Shown here: positions 1-9,432 of the stretch, in pieces
Layout of the letters: each line of letters opens with the position of its first letter
How positions within the stretch are numbered: the stretch's first letter is position 1
Sequence record: OM386654.1
Reading direction: 5' to 3' (one strand)
DNA: 64,000 bases
Origin: Escherichia phage vB_EcoM_ESCO9
Program-made: the position numbers and the translations under genes
The notes under the pieces: generated by a model
The model's database searches: none
Told to the model about the DNA's origin: nothing
The model's input: the letters and a program-made list of their open reading frames with translations, nothing else

Positions 1-350
1 TCTAAAATACGTTCAGACATAGCTTCAATGATTGCTGATCGTGCTTTCACCTTAGTTTCTGCTTCTTTAATTTTCTTTTCAAGTTCTGCAATGTACTTCA
101 GTAGTGCACTAACAACATCTGGAGTATTTTCTTGATCATCTTGGGAAATTTTTACCAAAGAAGAAGCTGCTCTGCAACGGACTTTAGGTTCTACGTAGCC
201 AAAAGTCATATTTTCAGAAGAAGATTGTTGTGAAAACCAGTGTTTGTTCGAAAACACAGGTTCATCTTCAAACCAGAACACATCTCCAGTGATATCACGA
301 GCCATGAAATTTGCATTGTCTGGGACTTCGTAACGATGACCTTCAAACAT
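1..350 (-). CDS. hypothetical protein, partial (C-terminus beyond window start)
   Basis: Open minus-strand frame to the window edge; candidate ATG at 350 with AAAGAG RBS. Confidence 0.4.
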   Translation of the reverse strand, partial: MFEGHRYEVPDNANFMARDITGDVFWFEDEPVFSNKHWFSQQSSSENMTFGYVEPKVRCRAASSLVKISQDDQENTPDVVSALLKYIAELEKKIKEAETKVKARSAIIEAMSERIL

Positions 351-361
351 AATCTCTTTCA

Positions 362-946
362 TTACACATCCTCCATTTGGAACATCTCTTTGTGGTTAGA
401 ATAGATCTGTTTGAAAATCTTGTCAAGACGTTCATATGATTCTTTATGCTCTTGTTTCCATCCTTGATTTCGGATTTTATCTGCCAGATCATAAACCTCG
501 CATAAAACTTTGGCAAAATTGGTATTATCTATAGCACAAGCCTCAAAACCCTGAACTAAACCCTCTACATCGTACCACGTATAGTCAGAGTTACTAGGAG
601 GCTTTCCTGCATCGGCTAAACGTTGCCTTACCCATTCAATACGTTTTTCATTCAAATGGCACTTACCTTCTCTGCACTCTTGTTCTAATTCTTCTTTAGA
701 TTCGTTGAATGGGTGAAGGACAGGAAGTTCTGCTTTTTGCAATTGCTCCAGGTATTCACCTACAATGCGCATAGCTTCACTGTGTGTACACTTTCTGCCT
801 GTGTGCCAATAACGGAAGATACTTTCCGTTAAACAGATATTTTTACTAAACATCGCATTGTCTTTAACATTCGATCTAGTAACCCAGTCTATATAATATA
901 CGTAAAACTGCAATAATTCATAACTGCTTGGTATAATTTTACTCAT
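362..946 (-). CDS. hypothetical protein; paralog of 1570..1938
   Basis: 194 aa ORF; AAGGAGAGG RBS; shares LLQFY...HPFN...HLN..R..WV motifs with 1570..1938. Confidence 0.6.
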   Translation of the reverse strand: MSKIIPSSYELLQFYVYYIDWVTRSNVKDNAMFSKNICLTESIFRYWHTGRKCTHSEAMRIVGEYLEQLQKAELPVLHPFNESKEELEQECREGKCHLNEKRIEWVRQRLADAGKPPSNSDYTWYDVEGLVQGFEACAIDNTNFAKVLCEVYDLADKIRNQGWKQEHKESYERLDKIFKQIYSNHKEMFQMEDV

Positions 947-955
947 GACCTCTCC

Positions 956-1123
956 TTAATTGTGAAAAATGTTATCGATCAGTATGACTAGTAGTACGAG
1001 GATAGAAGGGAGCAGGAATAGAAATCTTAACATTATGTGATGCGTGTGAGAAGCGGCTTTAGCTCCAGCCGCCAATAAGCCTACTAATCCTACAATAAAG
1101 AGCAGTTGTTCAGGGACACCCAT
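956..1123 (-). CDS. small hydrophobic membrane protein (55 aa), approximate
   Basis: ORF below track cutoff; start overlaps stop of upstream gene (TAATATG); hydrophobic. Confidence 0.3.
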   Translation of the reverse strand: MGVPEQLLFIVGLVGLLAAGAKAASHTHHIMLRFLFLLPSILVLLVILIDNIFHN

Positions 1124-1124
1124 A

Positions 1125-1349
1125 TTATGGAACACTTGGATACTCCGTAAGTTTGGCTAACAGTTGAATATGTGGACACGTGAATTGTTGTCCTGGATAG
1201 CGTGAGCTAATATCATCCAGTAAAGCAATCACAGCATTGTGCAATGCTTCGTAATCTTCATAATACACCATTTCTCCATTAGGATCTTCAACAATATCGC
1301 AGTGACAAGCGTGAGCAGTACACGCATCCCATTCCAGACGTTTTACCAT
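1125..1349 (-). CDS. hypothetical protein, Cys/His-rich
   Basis: 74 aa ORF packed in minus-strand operon. Confidence 0.5.
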   Translation of the reverse strand: MVKRLEWDACTAHACHCDIVEDPNGEMVYYEDYEALHNAVIALLDDISSRYPGQQFTCPHIQLLAKLTEYPSVP

Positions 1350-1358
1350 AAATTCTCC

Positions 1359-1577
1359 TTACTCATACGTTTGATATGATACATAACGATTGCAATCAAG
1401 TGCGAGAAACTTTTCAGCATCTCTTTGATGCTTGAACACAATACACTGTTCTTTTTTAGCTGCACTTTCACGAGCTTCTCTTGCCATATACTCACCTAAA
1501 CGAACGATACCAGAGAATAACACGTATGCAAGAATAAGACAAACAGTGATTGCACAGAAAGTTTTAAACTTAACCAT
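1359..1577 (-). CDS. small membrane protein
   Basis: Internal ATG at 1577 preceded by GGAGAAA RBS; hydrophobic N-terminus. Confidence 0.5.
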   Translation of the reverse strand: MVKFKTFCAITVCLILAYVLFSGIVRLGEYMAREARESAAKKEQCIVFKHQRDAEKFLALDCNRYVSYQTYE

Positions 1578-1938
1578 TGTATTTCTCCATATCACGAATA
1601 CGATCAATCACCCATTGTACACGTTCTTTATTAAGGTGTGCAATGCCTAGCTCTGTTTCCGTAAAGTAGTGCGAGAAATCCGTATTAAACGGATGTAAAT
1701 GGTTCAAACCCGCTTTCTTAAATTGTTCCTTCATTTCCTCTCGTACAGAGGATTGGAGCTTTGATACATTCTCAACATCTTTTATCCAAGCAATGTTGTA
1801 TAAGAAGTCTACAAGACACGTGCAAAGACCATAATGCTTTTTGCTAAAGTTTGTATCTTCTTGTTCCAACCACCACTCATAAAATTGTAGCAAATAGGGG
1901 CTGCTTTTCATGTTACACACTTTATTATTCTCTTGCAT
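1570..1938 (-). CDS. hypothetical protein; paralog of 362..946
   Basis: 122 aa ORF; AAGGAG RBS 7 nt upstream. Confidence 0.6.
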   Translation of the reverse strand: MQENNKVCNMKSSPYLLQFYEWWLEQEDTNFSKKHYGLCTCLVDFLYNIAWIKDVENVSKLQSSVREEMKEQFKKAGLNHLHPFNTDFSHYFTETELGIAHLNKERVQWVIDRIRDMEKYNG

Positions 1939-1947
1939 GGCTGCTCC

Positions 1948-2247
1948 TTAATGCCAATCTACGATCACTGAATCTACAAAACCCTCTTTGGTGTTTAAAG
2001 CATACACCTTACTAAGTCCACGCTCTCGTAGTGCTTCCATAGCAAGATCAATCAAATCAACTTGGCGTTTCCTTGCTTGTTCATTTGTCGGATAGTCATC
2101 CAAACCGAAAACAGATGGTTTAAATGCTTTGGAGTATTTGCCAGTCTTAGCCTTATCATAACAGTCCTGAATAATTTCATCAATAGGAAACCACAAACCT
2201 TCCCCGCTTTGCTTTGCAATACAACGCAGTTTTTCTGTAACAGTCAT
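1948..2247 (-). CDS. hypothetical protein
   Basis: 99 aa ORF; AAGGAGAGG RBS. Confidence 0.6.
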   Translation of the reverse strand: MTVTEKLRCIAKQSGEGLWFPIDEIIQDCYDKAKTGKYSKAFKPSVFGLDDYPTNEQARKRQVDLIDLAMEALRERGLSKVYALNTKEGFVDSVIVDWH

Positions 2248-2456
2248 TCTTCCTCTCCTTTCAATTTACACTCAAAGATACCATTCTTAATGTTATCTGT
2301 CAAATAAAGGCTATCTTCTATCTCTTCTTTTGTATACACATAAGCCTCCTTTTCCACGTCTGTCAGACCTTGCATCGGAGCTAGTAGCCACCAGCCCCGC
2401 CAGTCAAACATAGGAGACTTATCAGATACACGAAGAATGTATCTATCATTACACAT
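2244..2456 (-). CDS. hypothetical protein
   Basis: ATG at 2456 coupled to stop of upstream gene; track start at 2465 is TTG. Confidence 0.45.
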   Translation of the reverse strand: MCNDRYILRVSDKSPMFDWRGWWLLAPMQGLTDVEKEAYVYTKEEIEDSLYLTDNIKNGIFECKLKGEEE

Positions 2457-2457
2457 A

Positions 2458-2910
2458 TTATACAATGTTCACATGAACATCTGCAACACCAATAAGAGAA
2501 TATACTTCAACTACACTCTGTGTACGATCCAGCTTGTAACGTTTTGCCTCTTTTTCAACTTCCTCACGGGAGATGGTTTCCATGATTGGAACTCCATCCA
2601 CTACAAGCAGGTATTTCTCTTCATGCTTACTTTTTGGTGCTTCTTCTAATACTTCTACAAAGTATTCAAACTCACTTTTTGCAAGCAACGTGTAACACTG
2701 AAGAAAGTCTCCTTCATTTTGAGCGATAATTTCTTGTTCTCCTGCTAAGGATTGCAAAGCAGTGACACCATACCAGTCATCCACATCTAATACACGAAAA
2801 TAGGAATCACCTAAGAAAGAAGCAATCCTGCTATTGCACTCAGACACATTAGCAAACTTACGGATATAAGATGGGTTTTTAAAACGATACACTTTACCAA
2901 TTTCAAACAT
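2458..2910 (-). CDS. hypothetical protein
   Basis: 150 aa ORF; AAGGAG RBS. Confidence 0.6.
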   Translation of the reverse strand: MFEIGKVYRFKNPSYIRKFANVSECNSRIASFLGDSYFRVLDVDDWYGVTALQSLAGEQEIIAQNEGDFLQCYTLLAKSEFEYFVEVLEEAPKSKHEEKYLLVVDGVPIMETISREEVEKEAKRYKLDRTQSVVEVYSLIGVADVHVNIV

Positions 2911-2921
2911 TACACAACTCC

Positions 2922-3098
2922 TTATTGTTCAAGAGTAAAAGGAATGATCTCACCATAGCTGTATTGCATGGCATTCACTTCTGCTTCTGCACGTTGTGCT
3001 AGTTCTAATGTTGCACAGATTTTATAAGGTACAGTGCTGCATTGGCTCCAGCCTGGGGTATTCTTTGTTACTAAGTACACAGTAGTTTCTTTATTCAT
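2922..3098 (-). CDS. small hypothetical protein (58 aa), approximate
   Basis: ORF below track cutoff; AGGAGAGG RBS. Confidence 0.3.
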   Translation of the reverse strand: MNKETTVYLVTKNTPGWSQCSTVPYKICATLELAQRAEAEVNAMQYSYGEIIPFTLEQ

Positions 3099-3552
3099 AA
3101 CTTTCCTCTCCTAGTTCATCATACCATTTCAAAGCGTCTTTTGGAAGCATACCAAAATCTTCTTTCAGTTCTTTTTCAATCTCTTCTTTCATTTCATTCA
3201 ACACTTGCAGTTGGCGTATTTTCTTCCGTAACAAAGTTTCCCGCTCATTGTTGCTTGGTGTTACTTCATTTGCTGCCATCATCACATATCCGGTCGGGGA
3301 GCAAGGAAGATAATCATCAATATTTTCTAAAGCATAACGAAAATTGGAATCCAAGAAGTTTACATGCACTTGATCACATCCAAACAACTTGGCACGAAAT
3401 ACTTCATAACGAGTTTCAGATAAGATATGTCGCACACAGACAATACCTACATCATTTTGCACTGCACAGGTTACATCCAACAAACTTGAGTGTTCTTTGA
3501 CATAATCTGCAACACATTGCACATGTGCTTCCAGTATAGATAGTTGTCTCAT
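3091..3552 (-). CDS. hypothetical protein (first gene of left operon)
   Basis: 153 aa ORF; GGGGAGG RBS. Confidence 0.6.
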   Translation of the reverse strand: MRQLSILEAHVQCVADYVKEHSSLLDVTCAVQNDVGIVCVRHILSETRYEVFRAKLFGCDQVHVNFLDSNFRYALENIDDYLPCSPTGYVMMAANEVTPSNNERETLLRKKIRQLQVLNEMKEEIEKELKEDFGMLPKDALKWYDELGEESYE

Positions 3553-3961
3553 TTTCTACCTCCCCATAATGCTAACATTTTATTGAAAAATGGAAACGCG
3601 TCGTGCGCGGTATGCAAACCACTATACAGACATTTTTATTCAATGCAAGCATTATTTGCATCTTCGATTCTGTCTTTCACCCACTGCAATAATGGAGGAA
3701 TTAGTATAGGTATTCCCTATCAATTATTCTATATATACCTATTATTTTTAACACACCCCTTTGTACATAATATAGACAAATAAATATCTATGCCACAAAA
3801 ATTTTCCGGTATACCCGATTTATTTCGACACACCCCCTTTTCATAAGCGTAAAGTCAATAATATCAATAACTTGCCGCAAAATACTGCTCGCTTGCGAGA
3901 GGTGCTTAACGCGATTTTCAGCGCCCCCGATTTCTGCCGACCGTCCCCCTCAAATATCAAT

Positions 3962-3980
3962 GAGAATTATTATCATTTGC
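3962..3980. promoter_or_regulatory. Fur-box-like site
   Basis: gagaattattatcatttgc versus Fur consensus GATAATGATAATCATTATC (about 14 of 19). Confidence 0.35.
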
Positions 3981-4156
3981 ATTATCATTCAATGACTTAT
4001 AAGACTTTTGATTATTTTCTGAGCAAGAAAGGCACTACTCACAACAAAACAGATAAATTCTAAGTAAATCAATGGCTTGGCATTTCTAAACATCTATATA
4101 CACCTTGCCAAATGAAATGATCCTGCGTGAAATAGTGCTACCCGTGGAAGATAGCT

Positions 4157-4175
4157 GATAATGATTATCATTTGC
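4157..4175. promoter_or_regulatory. Fur-box-like site (best match)
   Basis: gataatgattatcatttgc matches Fur consensus at 16 of 19 positions. Confidence 0.5.
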
Positions 4176-4512
4176 ATATTTTCTATACTATAAAACACCC
4201 TAAAAATCAAGATAATTCTAATTTATTGCGCTTTTAAGAAAGTAGGCTCAACAAATGATAGGCTATATGGGGGGCAATAGTATGAAAAACCATCTATTCA
4301 TATATAAATAATTTTGCGCAATAGTGTTAATATTTTTCTTGACAAGAAAGATTTCTTTGTGTTCACATAGCGCCCCCTGGAAGGTGGCGCATTATGATCA
4401 TCAGCATCATTATTCACGATGTTTATTATTGTATAGCTTATTATTTAGCTTATATTATAGCCAATGTTCTAAACATTAGCTAATAATAACGCACCGCAAC
4501 AATGTAAGGGAT

Positions 4513-4556
4513 ACAATATACAATTGTATATTGTTGCGCTTGCAGTTGTTGCAAGC
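4513..4556. repeat. two adjacent perfect palindromes
   Basis: acaatatacaattgtatattgt (22 bp perfect inverted repeat) followed by gcttgca-gttgt-tgcaagc. Confidence 0.6.
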
Positions 4557-4695
4557 TACATAAGCACAAATAATGACTATCGGTGATGGTTATTATGTGG
4601 GGTGTGTAGTTGCGTTATTATTAGCCGCCTATGTGTCCGGCATAGGCTGCTAATGATACGCTTGCGAATTATATTTCTTGTTATAGTTATTGTAT

Positions 4696-5050
4696 GGAAT
4701 GATTACCACATGAAATGGTTACTGTATGCAATGATTACTGTATGAAATGATTATCTAAGTAATAGATAGGAAGGTAAAGATTAGACCATAAATAGATAGG
4801 ATGTGAATTATTTAGTAATGTTACTAACAATTTAATAGTTACTTTGTGCAACAATTCGATAGATTATAATTGTAGTTTTAAGGGTTAGATAGATTATATT
4901 TAGCTTAGTAATGATTTATATTAGTTATTATTGTTTAATACAATGTTATCAATGAGATAGTAACAGTAAGTTATAAATAAAGGTGAGATAATTAGTTTTA
5001 ATTTAGTTAGATAACTTATTATTTTATAGGTTAGATGGTCTTAAGTTAAG
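4696..5050. repeat. AT-rich iteron-like short direct repeats
   Basis: Repeated words aatgattac, tgtatg(a/c)aat, aatagatagg, ggttagat(a/g)g. Confidence 0.45.
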
Positions 5051-5122
5051 AATGATTCTCATTATTGCATTATGCAATTTATTGCATAAATAATCAGCTA
5101 TAAATAAGAATGATTATCATTT
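5051..5122. promoter_or_regulatory. Fur-box-like sites plus palindrome
   Basis: gaatgattctcattattgc and agaatgattatcattt; palindrome ttgcattatgcaa between them. Confidence 0.4.
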
Positions 5123-5320
5123 AAGAGGAAAGACAAGAAAAAGGCTGTTTTTGCCAGGTAATTACATGAAGAAATTAAAAATAAGCGGTCTAAAACACGT
5201 TGTAAGCGCCTTATGATCTTCATGGTATGGTTGTTCATCTGCTCCTTGATTAGCTCGATACCGCGATCTATTCACTTTTTTCGGTGAACGTTTTTGATAG
5301 GTAAAAGCTATCATCTTTAT

Positions 5321-5353
5321 TTAGGTAAAAAGAAAGGGCGCAATAAGCGCCCT
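5321..5353 (-). terminator. intrinsic terminator after gene 5369..5752
   Basis: Stem agggcgc/gcgccct followed by T-run on the minus strand. Confidence 0.55.
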
Positions 5354-5368
5354 TGTTTGAAATGTTAT

Positions 5369-5752
5369 TTACTGATAAGCTGGATCGTTTGTTATATCAA
5401 TCCAATGAGATAAATTAATTTTATTTTTTGCTTTCATTTTCTCGATCAAACGTTCGGCTAATGTTTCTGAACGAATATAAACATGCTCGCTAAAATCTTG
5501 CCCCGTTTCTTCGTCGATCATTTCTCTATATTCAACCTTGCCGATAAACGCATGATTCAGCGCATAAGTTTTACCCGTGTACCAGTTATGTAAATGGATC
5601 TCGCATTTATAATCATCGCTATACCCTTCGGTTGTTCTAACTTCAACCAAGTCACCTTTAAACACTGATAAGCACCACATAGGATCACGATCTACAGCGC
5701 CGTTAAAATCTTTACCGTTTACAGTAGCCGCCAGGTTGATGATATTGCTCAT
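5369..5752 (-). CDS. hypothetical early protein
   Basis: 127 aa ORF; GAGG RBS. Confidence 0.6.
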   Translation of the reverse strand: MSNIINLAATVNGKDFNGAVDRDPMWCLSVFKGDLVEVRTTEGYSDDYKCEIHLHNWYTGKTYALNHAFIGKVEYREMIDEETGQDFSEHVYIRSETLAERLIEKMKAKNKINLSHWIDITNDPAYQ

Positions 5753-5827
5753 GGTGATTCCTCGTTTACCGTTTAAAATGATTTGCCCTACACGATAACT
5801 ATAAGTTAACAGAGGCTATAAAGCAAG

Positions 5828-6058
5828 TTATTTTTCAAAAAATTTTTCTACTGTGATATTCTTCCCAGTGGGATTAGCTACTTTCAAAATTTTATCATGT
5901 ACTGGACGCCCAAAAGAATAAGATCCGTATACAGTAAACCAATAATCACCGTCAGGCTGTACTATCACCGCTGCATAGGGTACGCCTTTTTCGTTATTGC
6001 TGACAGAATAGATCACATTGCCGTTAATAGCTTCAGCGCGTTTAATTTGTTCGATCAT
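5828..6058 (-). CDS. hypothetical early protein
   Basis: 76 aa ORF downstream of promoter-hairpin cassette. Confidence 0.55.
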   Translation of the reverse strand: MIEQIKRAEAINGNVIYSVSNNEKGVPYAAVIVQPDGDYWFTVYGSYSFGRPVHDKILKVANPTGKNITVEKFFEK

Positions 6059-6075
6059 GATATGATTCCTATATT

Positions 6076-6137
6076 GAGCGGGAAACCACTTCCCGCCTTA
6101 CGTGATACATCTTAGTATAAGGGCGATCCGGTGTCAA
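6076..6137 (-). promoter_or_regulatory. early promoter plus leader stem-loop cassette
   Basis: Minus strand: TTGACA, 17 nt, TAAGAT, then hairpin GGCGGGAAGTGGTTTCCCGC. Confidence 0.6.
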
Positions 6138-6481
6138 TAGGTAGGATTGTAAATATTTGATAGTTTATTCCTTTGATGTTTTGTTGTTTGATAGGTATTA
6201 GCTATTAATATATAGCGGGATCTTCCGGTGATTATCTTCCCCTGTCCCCAGGTGCCGCCCGTTCCATAATAATAATCAAAAGCAGGATAAAAGGCAAGAT
6301 AAAAAGCAAATTATTTCCTATGTGCTTTAAACGCTCTAGATAGCTTTATAACAGCTTTTTCATCCTGGTAAGGTGATTAATCATTCCTACCTTGTTTAAG
6401 CGGTTACAGTCGGTTTTAGATGGTTTTACGCCACCTTTACGCCTATTCTTTACGTGTCGCTTCCATTGTGAAAAAGAATAC

Positions 6482-6513
6482 AAAAAAGGGCGCTTAGTGC
6501 GCCCCTTTCTTTT
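6482..6513. terminator. bidirectional terminator-like hairpin
   Basis: aaaaaa-gggcgc-ttagt-gcgccc-ctttctttt. Confidence 0.5.
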
Positions 6514-6521
6514 ACCGTGTA

Positions 6522-6911
6522 TTAATATTCGTTATAATACATCGCTAACTTTTCATCAAAAGCCGATTGACGATCTGCATACTCCCAGAACATTTCCTGA
6601 TCCTGTTGTTCGTCATCATCCATCATATTAAATTGCGCAACCTCCTGGTAAGTGATCGCCATATTATAACGATAGGTGATCTCTTCTGCGATGTTTTCCG
6701 GTAAAGATGATTCTACACTGTCTAACAGCATATTTAACATCATTTCAGCCGCTTTTTCATCATTATCAAAGCAGTAAGCAGACCATGCCGCATGATGTTT
6801 ATTTTTCATCTTTGCAATCAAGCCATTGACTAAAAAAGGCGCTACGTTGTTAACGATACCCTGTAAAGATTGGAATTTTTCAACGTTAGAAACAGAAACC
6901 AGGTTGCGCAT
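6522..6911 (-). CDS. hypothetical early protein
   Basis: Start moved to internal ATG at 6911; track start at 6947 lies inside the leader hairpin. Confidence 0.5.
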   Translation of the reverse strand: MRNLVSVSNVEKFQSLQGIVNNVAPFLVNGLIAKMKNKHHAAWSAYCFDNDEKAAEMMLNMLLDSVESSLPENIAEEITYRYNMAITYQEVAQFNMMDDDEQQDQEMFWEYADRQSAFDEKLAMYYNEY

Positions 6912-6934
6912 AGTATTTACCTTTTTGATTACCT

Positions 6935-6993
6935 GGCGGGAAACCATTTCCCGCCTACGTGGTAAATAATAACATATTGGGGATCGGTGTCAA
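6935..6993 (-). promoter_or_regulatory. early promoter plus leader stem-loop cassette
   Basis: TTGACA, 16 nt, TATTAT, hairpin GGCGGGAAATGGTTTCCCGCC. Confidence 0.6.
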
Positions 6994-6999
6994 TACTTT

Positions 7000-7386
7000 T
7001 TATTCAATATAAATCAAATTATCTTCACCAATGTAAGCATGCACCGATGGCATTAATTTAGCTGCATTTGTTAGGCGGTTGGCGGTGTTAGTAGTGTATA
7101 TTTCAGGGCGATCCCAAAAGCCTACGCCGTGACCGTTACGGGTAAAATGTAAATCATTCCCGATCTGGTTTGCTGTAGCGCCGTCGCTCATTGCCTCAGA
7201 GATAGCAGCATCATTGGCATCACAATAAGCCGCTACGTCATGAATGATCCGCTGATGGGCTTGATCTGAAAAATCATAATCGTCTAAGTTATCAATAAAA
7301 TAGCCTTCATGATCCCTGGCCGATTCAGCAAAAATAAAGGCTTCTTTATAACCGTTGATGATTTCAATAATGATTTCAGTTTTCAT
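7000..7386 (-). CDS. hypothetical early protein
   Basis: 128 aa ORF. Confidence 0.6.
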   Translation of the reverse strand: MKTEIIIEIINGYKEAFIFAESARDHEGYFIDNLDDYDFSDQAHQRIIHDVAAYCDANDAAISEAMSDGATANQIGNDLHFTRNGHGVGFWDRPEIYTTNTANRLTNAAKLMPSVHAYIGEDNLIYIE

Positions 7387-7598
7387 GCTGTACGCTCGAC
7401 AATAATAATGGTTTGCGGTATCTCGTTTTCTACTACTAACAAGGCTTTTTTCTGCGTGATAGATATTTTAACACGTTGTAAAGTAGCGGTAAAATCTTTC
7501 ATTTCATTATGCGCGGATTTAGTGCAATGCCAGATCTCAGGTTTACCTATTTGCAAGCCGCGTAAAAATTCTGTTTTACCTGTCTTATTCGTGATCAT
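7383..7598 (-). CDS. hypothetical early protein
   Basis: ATG at 7598 with AAGGTG RBS; track start at 7616 is TTG. Confidence 0.45.
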   Translation of the reverse strand: MITNKTGKTEFLRGLQIGKPEIWHCTKSAHNEMKDFTATLQRVKISITQKKALLVVENEIPQTIIIVERTA

Positions 7599-7608
7599 TT
7601 GATTCACC

Positions 7609-7713
7609 TTATCCAATACCGTGGGAAGATAGGATCATGTTAGCCATAGTTGCAACCAATCCAACCGATAACGCCAGGCCAACTATTACAACCGTGAAAA
7701 TTTTCTCTAACAT
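7609..7713 (-). CDS. small single-TM peptide (34 aa), approximate
   Basis: MLEKIFTVVIVGLALSVGLVATMANMILSSHGIG; GAGGGTAG RBS. Confidence 0.3.
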   Translation of the reverse strand: MLEKIFTVVIVGLALSVGLVATMANMILSSHGIG

Positions 7714-7794
7714 GATTCTACCCTCATTAATGGGCGTTGCCTTATTGCCCCGCCCTATGTCGTACACTTTACCAGATAACCGCGTATTGTCAAA

Positions 7795-7989
7795 CTATTT
7801 TTTATAAGGGATCAGTAAACTTCTTGCTACCGCTTCACGTAAACCTTCCCTTTTTATCAGGTCTATTGTTGCAGGGTGGCAAGTAAAAGCCTTTGACCAT
7901 TTTTGATCACCTGGTTTACGGGCGAAAATGTAAACTTCTCCGTCGATTTCATCCCAACGAGTATTGCTTGTTAGTTTTTTAAGCGCCAT
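7795..7989 (-). CDS. hypothetical early protein
   Basis: Start moved to ATG at 7989; longer ORF runs into leader hairpin. Confidence 0.5.
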   Translation of the reverse strand: MALKKLTSNTRWDEIDGEVYIFARKPGDQKWSKAFTCHPATIDLIKREGLREAVARSLLIPYKK

Positions 7990-8010
7990 GCTGATTTCTC
8001 TTTTAGTTGT

Positions 8011-8068
8011 GAGCGGCACTATTGCCGCCCTACGAAATACATTCTACCCGATTTATAATTGTTGTCAA
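8011..8068 (-). promoter_or_regulatory. early promoter plus leader stem-loop cassette
   Basis: TTGACA, 16 nt, TAGAAT, hairpin GGGCGGCAATAGTGCCGCTC. Confidence 0.6.
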
Positions 8069-8069
8069 A

Positions 8070-8339
8070 CTATTTTTTCAAGCTCGACCAGTCAAAACAC
8101 GGGGCGATCTCGTTAAAACTTGTACCCTGTAAAGCACATAATTTTTTAGCAATAGCCGCCGTAACCTGGCGTTGTACGCGCGGATCTGCTACTGATTGGA
8201 GAAAATAGGCGGTTTTATATGTGATCATGCTTTCGCCTGTTTCCTTGTTAACGTGGTGCACGGTTTTAGCCTTATCATCTTTTACCAGGGTGTAACCGGA
8301 TTCAATGGCCTTGATTGCAACGTCCAAAGATATTTTCAT
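8070..8339 (-). CDS. hypothetical early protein
   Basis: 89 aa ORF; AAAGAGGTAAATC RBS. Confidence 0.6.
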   Translation of the reverse strand: MKISLDVAIKAIESGYTLVKDDKAKTVHHVNKETGESMITYKTAYFLQSVADPRVQRQVTAAIAKKLCALQGTSFNEIAPCFDWSSLKK

Positions 8340-8358
8340 GATTTACCTCTTTATTGAC

Positions 8359-8379
8359 GGCGGGGAATACTCCCCCGCC
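8359..8379 (-). promoter_or_regulatory. leader stem-loop with no own promoter
   Basis: ggcggggaatactcccccgcc about 19 nt upstream of start codon; upstream gene ends immediately before it. Confidence 0.5.
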
Positions 8380-8386
8380 TTATTAA

Positions 8387-8557
8387 TTACTCTTCATCGT
8401 CGCCGTTATAGTATTCAATGCCGTTTTCATCGGTTACAGTAATGTTAACGCCACCGATAGCAACACGATCACGGGCAAACGTCATGGCTTCATTTAAATC
8501 TTCAGACCAAAAAATATTGTGACCTTTGCGCGATACATAAAACATAGTTGGGATCAT
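8387..8557 (-). CDS. small hypothetical protein (56 aa), approximate
   Basis: ORF below track cutoff; AGAAGAGAAA RBS; sits downstream of cassette 8579..8640. Confidence 0.35.
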   Translation of the reverse strand: MIPTMFYVSRKGHNIFWSEDLNEAMTFARDRVAIGGVNITVTDENGIEYYNGDDEE

Positions 8558-8578
8558 GATTTGTTTCTCTTCTGTTGT

Positions 8579-8640
8579 GAGCGGGAAACCATTTCCCGCC
8601 CTATGTGATAAACTTTACTACGTTGTTTGCCTAGTGTCAA
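8579..8640 (-). promoter_or_regulatory. early promoter plus leader stem-loop cassette
   Basis: TTGACA, 17 nt, TAAAGT, hairpin GGGCGGGAAATGGTTTCCCGCTC. Confidence 0.6.
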
Positions 8641-8641
8641 A

Positions 8642-8926
8642 TTATTTTTTAATGTTTTGCCCTACAAAATTGATCACTTCCTTAAGCTGTTTCTCAGTCA
8701 TGATCGTGCCTGGTAATTCTTCTTTGATTTCTTCCGGTAGATAGATATTACCGCGCCAGGTTAATAAACAACCGTTTTGATCTTCGCAGATAGAATAAGA
8801 GAAGATCCACTCATTATCATTCTCAAGCTCCCAAAAGCACAAAAAATCTTCTTTCCCTAAATTTTCAACGGTTAAACATAATCCGCGACGTGCTGCATAG
8901 TTGGAAAGTGCTTTTGTGATCTTCAT
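8642..8926 (-). CDS. hypothetical early protein
   Basis: 94 aa ORF. Confidence 0.6.
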   Translation of the reverse strand: MKITKALSNYAARRGLCLTVENLGKEDFLCFWELENDNEWIFSYSICEDQNGCLLTWRGNIYLPEEIKEELPGTIMTEKQLKEVINFVGQNIKK

Positions 8927-8945
8927 AGCTTATCTCTTCTGTTAA

Positions 8946-9008
8946 GGCGGGGAAACCATTTCCCCGCTCTATGAGATACAATATACTATCTGTTAGGTGT
9001 GCTGTCAA
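8946..9008 (-). promoter_or_regulatory. early promoter plus leader stem-loop cassette
   Basis: TTGACA, 17 nt, TATATT, hairpin GCGGGGAAATGGTTTCCCCGCC. Confidence 0.6.
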
Positions 9009-9332
9009 TCAATAATCTTTAAGATTTTCTACATTTACAAAAGTGCGTTTATTTTCTAAGTTTTCGCCGTACCATTGCCCCATGTTGATTTCTGCGGTGC
9101 GCAACCAGGACATGCCGCGTTGTATCTTTTTACTTGCAATCTCGATCCGGCTTTTGCATAGTGCTTTCGCTTGCAATGTAAAAACACTATTGCCCTGTAA
9201 TGCTTCCAGGTCATCATGTGCAAGGCGATACTCTTTAAAGCCTGATTCTATCATTTCAATAGCATCAAGTAAACGCGCGCGATGATAGAAAAAATCAGAG
9301 TTATCCAAATAAACACCGATCACAGATTTCAT
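9009..9332 (-). CDS. hypothetical early protein
   Basis: Start moved to ATG at 9332 (MKSVIGVY...) with AAAAGGGTAAAATT RBS. Confidence 0.5.
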   Translation of the reverse strand: MKSVIGVYLDNSDFFYHRARLLDAIEMIESGFKEYRLAHDDLEALQGNSVFTLQAKALCKSRIEIASKKIQRGMSWLRTAEINMGQWYGENLENKRTFVNVENLKDY

Positions 9333-9432
9333 AATTTTACCCTTTTGTTTGCGGCCTTTGCCGTTTTCAAGATATAGTTTAAAGCATAACAAAAAATTGT
9401 CAAGCCTTTAAAGCGTACAACTATAAAACCTA

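Noticed and set aside
3872-4063. 63 aa plus-strand ORF in the left non-coding region
   Set aside because: No RBS; spans Fur-box-like repeats; more likely regulatory DNA
3553-5368. tRNA genes in the large non-coding regions (also 15178..16711)
   Set aside because: No T-loop-like GTTCRA motif or cloverleaf-compatible stems found by eye; a tRNA scanning tool should confirm
8556-8744. 62 aa plus-strand ORF
   Set aside because: Begins inside a promoter-hairpin cassette and overlaps minus-strand genes; the small minus-strand ORF 8387..8557 with RBS explains the region better
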